Shown here piece after piece: positions 53,742 through 64,000 of a stretch of DNA of 64,000 nucleotides. Where the stretch lies: contig OZ024743.1 in assembly GCA_964016885.1 (NCBI GenBank), positions 101,184,001 through 101,248,000 of the forward strand, read 5' to 3'. How positions within the stretch are numbered: the stretch's first letter is position 1; the number at the start of each line of letters is the position of its first letter. The translations under genes were made by a program, and so were the position numbers. Below the pieces are notes generated by a model, which had not been told where the DNA came from, searched no databases, and saw only the letters and a program-made list of their open reading frames with translations. Source of the DNA: Eledone cirrhosa (taxonomy: Eukaryota).

Positions 53742-56700
53742 AATGGCGACCGTTGTGGTCAGTGTCCGATAATCGGACGTGTGTAATTGCGGCTTACATG
53801 AAGGCAACATACCATATACTGGAAAAAGTTGAGCTACATTACGCGGTAAGATTACATACAATAATTCTACATAAGTGTTTGAACTGTAAGTGTGTTGTAA
53901 AACACCTATTTATATGAACGATACATACACTTATGATATATGAACGATACATATACTTTAACATATAAATGCAACGTTGTTATATTACATTTATAAAGAA
54001 ATATACAAGTAACGTTTTCGATTCAGAAACAAAAACATAAGTGTTTGAACTGTGAATATGTTGTGAATAAGTTGTAGAACACCTATTTATGTGAATGATA
54101 CATAAACTTTAACATATAAATACAGCGTTGTTATATTTTATTACATTCATAAAGGAATATACTAAGTAACGGTTCTTTTTGTTCTCGATTCAAACGATTC
54201 AAGAACAACGTTTAAAACACAGTTGTAGAATTAAAAACTAACTGAAAAGAAATATTACCCAAGCTGTGAATAACTTTAAATTTGATTCTGACAGAACTTT
54301 GTCGAAACTTTTAAAGAAGATCATCGACTATTTTGAAAAATAAATACGAAATATTAGTGAATATACGAACTCATCATGGCAAAAAGTGCAAGTCTCCTTC
54401 GACCAAATCGCAACTACAACCGTTGTATACAGTGGAGCTACGAGCTTAACAAAGAATTATATGAAGCATACAAACAATCTGAACCTCAAAAGTTCGGTTT
54501 TATGCAAAGGTTAGAATTAGACTTTTCTCCAAAGCATTTAAATGAACAGGCAAAACGTATCATTAGATGTAAATTGATACATCTAACGGAATTGAGTGAT
54601 ACTACAAATACAGCCCTTGTAGACAACCACCCCACCTCCACTGACAGACAAAGAGAATGGCCAGCTAAATCTAACAGTGAACAGCTCACCAACAATTTTG
54701 CTGAAATCCATCCCACTTCCACTGAAGAACAGCGAGAAAGGTCAGCTAACTCTAGTAGTAATTGTCACCACATCAACAACGAGGCTGAAATTCATGACTC
54801 TACTGAACAAACAGAGCACCAAAAACTTGTGGACACCCTACAAGTGATATGGAACGATATGTTTCAAGAGATACACAGCCTTAATGTGAGTGACAGACCA
54901 CACAACACCAGTAAAGAACCCACTAAATTGGAATTGGAAGCGGTGAACGAAATAGCTGGCAATTATCTGAAGGCTATACGATCTAAAGGTGTAGAAACGA
55001 CATTTGAAACGCTTAATGTTTTGTTATATGTTTCAGCTGTCACATTGCTATCATATAACACACATCTAAAACCACGCAATCAAGATACAAACAGAAAGCC
55101 TGAACCAGCGTGGATGCGAAATTTAAAAACCAAAATTTTGTCCCTGAGACGAAGTATCTCACACATCGCAGTCGTTATGAAATGCAACATAGAGAGCAAT
55201 TTCACACGACACCAGGAAGACCTAAAGAAAAAGTTAGAGAGACGATTTGGAGATACAAAATTTAAAACTTTGAACTCCAAATTACACCAGTTGAAACAAC
55301 AACTCACAGCTACAACAGAAAGACTAAAATATAAGTCAACAGCACATAAACGACAAGTGCTAAATAGATTGTTTGCCAGAGATCCTAAATCAGTTTATCG
55401 CAGCTTCGGTGGCAAAAGCTCAATCCCAAAAGAACAGATTGAGAGCTACTGGAGATCTGCATGGGAAACGGATGACGGATTCAACAGACAAGCTAATTGG
55501 CTAAAAGAACTGGAACAGGACTACTGCCAACATGTCCAGATAAAACAATGTGACATAGATGGGTCAATACTGGAAACAGCTTTACAGAAAATGTCGAATA
55601 GGAAATCACCAGGCCTAGACCTCATTACAGGATACTGGTTGAAGAATTTCACTTTCTATCGGGAAGATCTCATACGGCTGTTTACAGAAACCATTAAAGG
55701 CATACAAGAACTTCCCAGATGGTTATCAACTGCCACTACTCTCCTCATTCCCCAAAATAGCCAAACCACCCTTGCTAAAAATTACCGCCCAATAGCCTGC
55801 CAAAACATCATGTATAAATTATATACTGGGTGCCTTAACCTGTGCTTACAGGATCACTGTGCTACCAACAACATCATAACACCTGAGCAAGCTGGTGGAA
55901 AGAGGGAGGTGTGGGGTTGCATAGATCACCTACTAACCAACAAAATGATTCAGGAAAAAACAACAAAGAATCGCAGAAACATGACTGTGGTGTGGCTGGA
56001 CTATCAAAAAGCATTTGATAGTGTACCTCATGGGTGGATTGTTAAGGCTTTACAGTTAGCTAAAGTTCCACAACCATTGGTAGCTGCTGTTGAACGCCTG
56101 ACCAAGAACTGGTACGCCAATTTGATCCTTAGAGGTGAGAAGGAGCAAGTTAAGACTGATAAGATACATTACCAGAAGGGCATCTTTCAGGGTGATAGCT
56201 TGTCAGTGCTACTCTTCGTTCTCTCACTGAATCCACTATCTTACCTACTCAGGAAACAAGGTGGACAAAGAAGTGGGCCCAGAAGTATCTCCCATCTTTT
56301 CTTTGTTGATGACCTGAAGTTGTATGGGCCAAATATCAATGACATCAAGAAACAATTGGACAATTTTCAACCGACATCAAAATGAAATTTGGTGAGTCCA
56401 AGTGTGCATATTTGGCAGTAAAACGTGGAAGAGCTGTGCCCTCCTCTAGAAATCTAGAGATGAACGGCCTGACAATACAACCTCTGCAGTCAGGTGACAA
56501 CTACAGATATCTTGGACAGGATGAGAATGTCAGATACGATGGACCCATAAATAAGGAGAGAACCAGAACTGAATACCTCAGAAGAGTAAAGAAAATATGG
56601 TCATCAGAACTGTCAGCATGCAACAAATAGATTGCCCACAATACTTATGCTGTGCCAATTCTAACGCCAACATTTGGCCTGCTGAACTGGTCATTGCAAG

Positions 56701-57892
56701 AACTAAGTGAGATGGATGTTAGAACTCGAAAACTTCTCAGTGTTACTGGGAACTTTAACATCAATGGTGATGTGGATAGGCTATACTTCTCACGCAAGGA
56801 AGGTGGCCGGGGTCTAAAATCAATATTAACAACATATGAGACCCGGATAGTAACACTGAAGCAACACCTTCAACAGAGGAAAAAGGTTGGCAACCATCTT
56901 GCCCAGGTTTATGAGCATGAAAAAAAAAATCATTAGAATAGCGACTGATCTGGAGGAGAGATATGGAATAAAGCCTGATATAAATCTCTCACCCAGAGAA
57001 ATCGGAAGATCCTATTCAATGTTCAAACAAGATAAAAAAAATTGACCAATTTACAGAAAAAGCTGTGCATGGATACTTGAGGCGTAAAACACAGACCATA
57101 GAGGGGATAAACCACTCAAAAAGCCTGGCATGGAGTTCCGACAAGTTTATGACATCACACATTGAGGGATATCTCTATGCAATGCAGGAACAAGAACTCC
57201 CTACCAAATATCTGCTGCACAAAAGAGGAGGGCCAGCAGCTGACAATAAATGTAGGCTATGTAAAACAAAGATCGAGGATGTAAGCCACATTGTTGCCAG
57301 CTGCGAAAGAATGTCATCTCGCTACTACCTCCCCACGATGGGATAGCTAGAACCATCTGGAACGCACTTCGGAAAACAAAATTAACAACAAACGAGGAGG
57401 AATATATAGAGACAGATGGCACTAAGGAATACTGGTGGAACCTGAAAATAAAAACTGCCACCAAATTAAAGCACAACCGGCCTGATATTGTTGGTTGGGA
57501 CCACACATTGAAAACGTGTTCTGTTGTGGAGATCAGCTGCCCACTTGATGTAAACGTTGTCAGAAAAATACAGGAGAAGGAGGACATCTACGGACCATTG
57601 ATGAGGAGTTTACAAATCCAGTATCCAAGATACACCTTAAGCTTCATACCCATCATTATTGGAGCTACGGGTTATATACCAACCCGCTTAGACCAAAGTA
57701 TGACTGAACTTGGATTTGCAGACGAAAAGCGCAGCTCCCTAATTCATAGTCTACAAATGGCTGCGATAGCTGGCACCTTCAAAATTTGCAAAACATTCTT
57801 GCGATTCAAGGGATGACAATTTCTTTTCTTTTACAACCTTGCCACCAGGAGGGTGGCCTGTCAAAAAAATATACTCGAAATTAAGAGAAAGA
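53742..57892 (+). mobile_element. Near-full-length R4/Dong-clade (RLE-type) non-LTR retrotransposon inserted in (TACA)n
   Basis: ~630-bp 5'UTR with an internal ~140-bp direct repeat, a single long RT-CCHC-RLE coding region, and (TACA)n at 53645-53741 and 57895-57948. Confidence 0.85.
54376..57816 (+). pseudogene. Disrupted ORF: reverse transcriptase + CCHC + restriction-like endonuclease
   Basis: KSPGLD, NYRPIAC, WLDYQKAFDSVPH, GIFQGDSLS, HLFFVDDLKLY, RLYFSRKEGGRGL, CRLC..EDVSHIVASC, HNRPDI..VEISCP. Broken by frameshifts (~56370, 56930, 57045, 57340) and a TAG at ~56628. Confidence 0.92.
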
Positions 57893-59516
57893 GACATACA
57901 TACATACATACATACATACATACATACATACATACATACATACATACAGATATTCCTCACTCCTAGAACGGACCTAATTTGTAATTCCCTTCTCTATAGT
58001 TACGTATGTTGATATTTTGGTAGAGAAGAAAGATAAGGAAATACAAGAACAAAGGGAAGAATGACAGTTATTGAGAAATTCATACAAAGGTTTCTTCTGT
58101 CAATATCCAACAATGTTCGCCATAGAATTTCATAAAACAGTTAATCTTCCAATACAGTATCGAAAACTATGTGTTTCAGGTTGTTTAAAATAGTTTAAAC
58201 GTTCATGGTTTTGGCCATGCTGAAGTACTGCCTGATCTACTTATCTAAATAACATATGTAGGCTTTTTTTCTTGGCTCTAACTACCAATGTTTGTTATTT
58301 CCTCTATTATTAGCACTGTTGCGACATCGTTTGGAGCCGACAGTGTCATATTCTTGGCAATAGCTTTCATTTATTTATCGCATCAGAGCCATCCATTATC
58401 TCTAGTTAGTTATGGTCACATAGTTGTTAGTGATGTAGTTGTAGTAGTTGTTGTTTTGATGGTGATGGCTGGGTGTAACTCTAGGTCAACTATGATTGAA
58501 TATACATTTGGCACATAATTGGTCGGTTGAATATGCTACATATACTGCTAGCTATTTGACGATCATGCTGCATATGACGAGGTCCGGGCATCTTTTTCTT
58601 ATTCATAATGTTTATTAGAATATGAAGAGGGCTTTGCGAGTAAGAGATGTCGACCGTTTTAAAATGGCTAGCCAACGATTTGATTGTGGAAAAGAATAAT
58701 ACTCGAGGGTAAACTAGTGGAAATATTTCCACATCCTGTATATTGATTTTCCAAAGAGGCTCAAATCCACAAATATTAAAGGAAGGACTCCATCTACTTA
58801 CTGTTACCGCCCCCAGACGTTGGGAATAAATAAGAAAGCGGGATTTGAAACCTGAACGTAAAGAGACAGAGCTATTTTTTATTTAATTTCGGCGATCTAA
58901 CGTTTTTATCTGTTGTCGCTTTGTAGTAAACATTGGTTTCTAACAGAGGCACAGGCATGACACCTTGGACACATGGTTAAGAGTCTTCTAATATAGCTTC
59001 TGGTTATGGACGAAGACAATTTAAAAACAGACGAAACAGGAAATCCTTTCTCATCAGTCGACTGCTGAAGGTCCACATGGTTTCGGTCAAATTAAGGTCG
59101 TATCACTAGCTCCAGTGCGCATAGGACAGTAACAGATGGGCATAAGACAAGACTGGACGATTGGTCTTTCGACTATTTATAAATAAATACAATTCGCTAC
59201 ATACCAACCTGCTGCAACTGGAAAGAAGAGCGACAAAGCCCAATTATTAGCCCAGAAAAGAAAGTATGCATAAAAGGCGAAGTAAGAAAAACATTTCTTT
59301 ATTCGTTCGGACGTCAATCCTATAGAAACAGACACAACACTGACAGAGCAGAGAGAGGAAGTGAGAAAAAGAAAGGAGAGAACTGAGAACGCAGAAGAGA
59401 ACATAAAATCATTAATAAAAAGAATTGCTCGTTTGGATATAAGTTCTATATATACAGACACAACATGAAAGCAGTAGAGAGAGAGAGAGAGAGAGAGTGA
59501 GAGAGTGAGAGAGAGA

Positions 59517-59558
<42 letters not shown>

Positions 59559-60164
59559 AAAGAACGCAGGCGGAAGGCGAAATGTTTGTTTAGACGTAAG
59601 TCCTATATAGACAGAGACTGACACAAGGAGCAGAGACAGTGAGAAAAAGAAAGAGAGGAGAGACAGAGATATCAGACGATGTAAAGTTTAAATACTCTCC
59701 CACGTGGCTAAGATCATACAAGATGGAGGTTAACATCATACAAGATGAATAAACCAAAAAGTGGACGAAGACAAAGGAAATACGCGTGCGCGCGTACATG
59801 TCTATGTGTTTCTGTTTGTTAATGTTCCGTAACTTAGCTGTTCAACAAAACGAGGACGATGAAATACGTACCAGACTTGAAAAAATAAAGTATTGGGATC
59901 GGTATGATAAATCCTTTCAAGGTGGAGCTGAAATGGGTAAAAGCATAGACATGAAGCGACATATTTGAGGAAAGGAACAGTCAACTAAATTGACCTCACA
60001 AAGTCTTAGAACCCTTTGAAAAGACTCATAGATGCTTAATTTCCTTCTTGAAAAGAAAGGGAGCAGATCGTCATGAACAAAGAACCAATGTTTCCATTGA
60101 TTTTTCATTGTTGGTACTCTCTGTTGGTTGCAATTCCTGGCAGAAAAAACAACGGGAAATAAAA

Positions 60165-60260
60165 TATTTTGCCCAAAAACACAACGCGCAGGCCGGTCCA
60201 GAAATCGAACCCACGACATTATGATTGAGAATCCAACACGATCAGCGCTGAACCATACGT
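60165..60260 (-). mobile_element. Decayed tRNA-SINE head
   Basis: Minus strand GTCGTGGGTTCGATTTCTGGACCGG...TTGTGTTTTTGGGCAAAATATTT (B-box plus SINE body motif). Confidence 0.5.
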
Positions 60261-60840
60261 CTCCTTGAATGCGTTTTTGAAATTGTTGTTTTTAAGATAT
60301 TAATATTGTGTATTTAAAATCATATTTTGAAAAATAACACTCGATTAAACCGATAACAGTACTTGACTTGATAACTTTGATAGGTTTCGGCCAGTGTTGG
60401 CCCAGGACATGTCTAACTTTATAGCACCACCTGGTGAATGTATTATCAACTTCCGTGGGATGAATGGGGAAAGTGATTCTGGTAGAATTTGAATTTTAAA
60501 AAATGAAAGGGGGTAACTTTTTCCCGGTATACTATTCTGCTTTTCACCGTTCTAACATTTTTTAAATATGTTTTTAACATTGGCACAAGGCCAGGAATTA
60601 TGGCAAACTGGACCGCAGTGAGATTTGAACATAGAATGTAAATGTTCAATTAATTAAACATTACCAGGTATTTAATCCGTCAGCCTCACGTTTCTACCTG
60701 TCACCACCTTTTAATGTCTCTTTAAGTTGATAGAAAATCAGTAAATTCGGTAATAAATAAAACAAAACAATCTAAAAGATTTCTCTTAATTGTGTCTACC
60801 TCATTCCGTATATAGACACATGTATACAGACACATGTATG

Positions 60841-60946
<106 letters not shown>

Positions 60947-61599
60947 ATTTCCTGTAAAGCTACAACCATGAATACACTACTTAAATAAGAAACAACGCTC
61001 CCCCCTTTCCAACCACAACCCAAAAGGGTCCATTGTTAATATTACTAATTTGTTTACTTTTCATTCTTATATCAATTACGAGCTATTAATAACTTTCCGA
61101 AAGACCTTCCATTAAACTGTCGCTTGAATAGACAGACTTCTTTTGAAGAAAATTGTACAATACAACAACAATAACAACAATAACAAAGACAATAATAATA
61201 ATTCTTTCTTCATTTAGCCACCGAGGGATATAACATTCAAATAACATTCTATTCATACGTACAATTATACGAAACATTAAAAACGGGGGGGGGGGGGGCT
61301 GAACAGGACAAAGTTGTAAAGAAATGGTGGGGAATGAAGAACGAAGAAAAAATTTATAAAAAATAAGGATTTTTAATAAATAAATACAAAATAATGACAA
61401 GATATTTGAAAAGGTAGAGAGAGAAACATTTAAAGCCGCTTAGCCCCTCATTGGTAGAAACTCACATCTTAGAACGGGTTGGAGCACCCAACATCTCTGT
61501 TAATCTGCCATTGATTGTGTGTATGTGAAACATATACACCAGGTCCGAACACAAAAGAACCAAACTCCCACTGTCACTGCCTCTGTCACTACTGCTATC

Positions 61600-61865
61600 C
61601 CCATCTCTCACTATTATGAGCAAATGGGGGCCCATGCGCTGGCTGCCCTGCAGCCCCGGCAGACAGAATAGAGAAGACCTTTCCCTGGAGGATGGTGAGG
61701 CAGATGCGCTGGAGGAGATATTCCATCTCGCGAGGCTGACACCTGCTGGTCGCCAATTCTGTGACGATGGTGGTGATCAGGGAGGTGACCCCAGGGCTGA
61801 GGACACTAGAAGTCTCCACTGCCACGGACTCGAGTACAAACCTGTCAGGGAGCGATATATTAGAA
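61600..61865 (-). pseudogene. C-terminal RLE fragment of a CRE-like non-LTR retrotransposon
   Basis: YRSLT/RFVLESVAVETSSVLSPG...REMEYLLQRICLTILQGKVFSIL resembles the P-AVET-G...RE..FL-QRLS-AIQRGN tail of CRE-like ORFs; frameshifted. Confidence 0.6.
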
Positions 61866-61909
61866 AAAGGTGCACACGGAAATGTCCATTAAGGTCATTT
61901 ACATTGGAC

Positions 61910-64000
61910 GGAACAACAAGAAACCGTCCTATGTCATTGCCGTACATCAACGTGAGATAAGCTTGGAACAACAAGAAACCGACCTATGTCATTGCCGTAC
62001 TTCAACGTAAGATAAGCTTGGAACAACAAGAAACAGTCCCATGTCATTGCCGTACTTCAACGTGAGAAAAGCTTGGAACAACAAGAAACAGTCCCATGTC
62101 ATTGCCGTACTTCAACGTGAGATAAGCTTGGAACAACAAGAAACCGTCCCATGTCATTGCCGTACTTCAACGTAAGATAAGCTTGGAACAACAAGAAACA
62201 GTCCCATGTCATTGCCGTACTTCAACGTGAGATAAGCTTGGAACAACAAGAAACCGTCCTATGTCATTGCCGTACTTCAACGTGAGATAAGCTTGGAACA
62301 ACAAGAAACCGTCCCATGTCATTGCCGTACTTCAACGTGAGATAAGCTTGGAACAACAAGAAACCGTCCTATGTCATTGCCGTACTTCAACGTGAGATAA
62401 GCTTGGAACAACAAGAAACCGTCCTATGTCATTGCCGTACTTCAACGTGAGATAAGCTTGGAACAACAAGAAACCGTCCTATGTCATTGCCGTACTTCAA
62501 CGTGAGAGAAGCTTGGAACAACAAGAAACCGTCCCATGTCATTGCCGTACTTCAACGTGAGAAAAGCTTGGGACAACAAGAAGCCGTCCTATGTCATTGC
62601 CGTACTTCAACGTGAGATAAGCTTGGAACAACAAGAAACCGTCCCATGTCATTGCCGTACTTCAACGTGAGATAAGCTTGGAACAACAAGAAACCGTCCC
62701 ATGTCATTGCCGTACTTCAACGTGAGATAAGCTTGGAACAACAAGAAACCGTCCCATGTCATTGCCATACTTCAACGTGAGATAAGCTTCGAACAACAAG
62801 AAACCGAACTATGTCATTGCCGTACTTCAACGTGAGATAAGCTTGGAACAACAAGAAACCGTCCCATGCCATTGCCGTACTTCAACGTGAGATAAGCTTG
62901 GAACAACAAGAAACCGTCCTATGTCATTGCCGTACTTCAACGTAAGATAAGCTTGGAACAACAAGAAACCGTCCCATGTCATTGCCGTACTTCAACGTGA
63001 GATAAGCTTGGAACAACAAGAAACCGTCCTATGTCATTGCTGTACTTCAACGTGAGATAAGCTTGGAACAACAAGAAACCGTCCCATGTCATTGCCGTAC
63101 TTCAACGTGAGATAAGCTTGGAACAACAAGAAACCGTCCCATGTCATTGCCGTACTTCAACGTAAGATAAGCTTGGAACAACAAGAAACCGTCCTATGTC
63201 ATTGCCGTACTTCAACGTGAGATAAGCTTGGAACAACAAGAAACCGTCCCATGTCATTGCCGTACTTCAACGTGAGAAAAGATTGGAACAACAAGAAACC
63301 GTCCTATGTCATTGCCGTACTTCAACGTGAGAGAAGCTTGGAACAACAAGAAACCGTCCCATGTCATTGCCGTACTTCAACGTGAGAAAAGATTGGAACA
63401 ACAAGAAACCGTCCTATGTCATTGCCGTACTTCAACGTGAGATAAGCTTGGAACAACAAGAAACCGTCCCATGTCATTGCCGTACTTCAACGTGAGAAAA
63501 GATTGGAACAACAAGAAACCGTCCTATGTCATTGCCGTACTTCAACGTGAGATAAGCTTGGAACAACAAGAAACCGTCCCATGTCATTGCCGTACTTCAA
63601 CGTGAGATAAGCTTGGAACAACAAGAAACCGTCCCATGTCATTGCCATACTTCAACGTGAGATAAGCTTCGAACAACAAGAAACCGAACTATGTCATTGC
63701 CGTACTTCAACGTGAGAAAAGATTGGAACAACAAGAAACGGTCCCATGTCATTGCCGTACTTCAACGTGAGATAAGCTTGGAACAGCAAGAAACCGTCCC
63801 ATGTCATTGCCGTACTTCAACGTGAGATAAGCTTGGAACAACAAGAAACCGTCCTATGTCATTGCCGTACTTCAACATGAGATAAGCTTGGAACAACAAG
63901 AAACCGTCCAATGTCATTGCCGTACTTCAACGTGAGAAAAGATTGGAACAACAAGAAACCGTCCTATGTCATTGCCGTACTTCAACGTGAGATAAGCTTG
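61910..64000. repeat. 55-bp satellite (~38 units, continues beyond the window) GGAACAACAAGAAACCGTCC(T/C)ATGTCATTGCCGTACTTCAACGTGAGATAAGCTT
   Basis: Period 55 (61910 to 61965), highly homogeneous, HindIII site AAGCTT in most units. Confidence 0.98.

Noticed and set aside
59030-59060. CTGATGAG on the minus strand as a hammerhead
   Set aside because: No correctly placed GAAA or closing stems could be built.
61910-64000. CRISPR-like appearance of regular repeats (also 48008-48380)
   Set aside because: Units are head-to-tail with no unique spacers, there are no cas genes, and the context is eukaryotic.

Overview
Eukaryotic, AT-rich, repeat-dominated genomic DNA with no convincing host protein-coding gene. 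The SINE motifs and microsatellite landscape resemble an octopus (coleoid cephalopod) genome; this is inferred from recalled motifs, not from a database hit. From left to right: a 10.9-kb 23/24-bp minisatellite; a 7.6-kb 30-bp minisatellite; a decayed hAT transposase; a ~9-kb (TA)n-rich zone (22.3-30.9 kb) packed with fold-back inverted repeats, a Helitron-like element and several minimal type I hammerhead ribozyme (HHR) motifs of at least three sequence types, probably Penelope-like/retrozyme remnants; SINE clusters; a degenerate telomere-like tract; an apparently intact full-length L1/Tx1-clade LINE (ORF1 + APE-RT ORF2); RTE fragments; a near-full-length but disrupted R4/Dong-like RLE retroelement plus truncated relatives, all sitting in (TACA)n microsatellites; another HHR at 50.2 kb; a CRE-like RLE fragment; and a 55-bp satellite running off the right end. 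The most notable signals are the HHR/inverted-repeat cluster, the apparent (TACA)n target specificity of the RLE family, and the unusual ORF1/ORF2 junction of the Tx1 element. All folds and alignments were done by eye, and coordinates of decayed elements are approximate.
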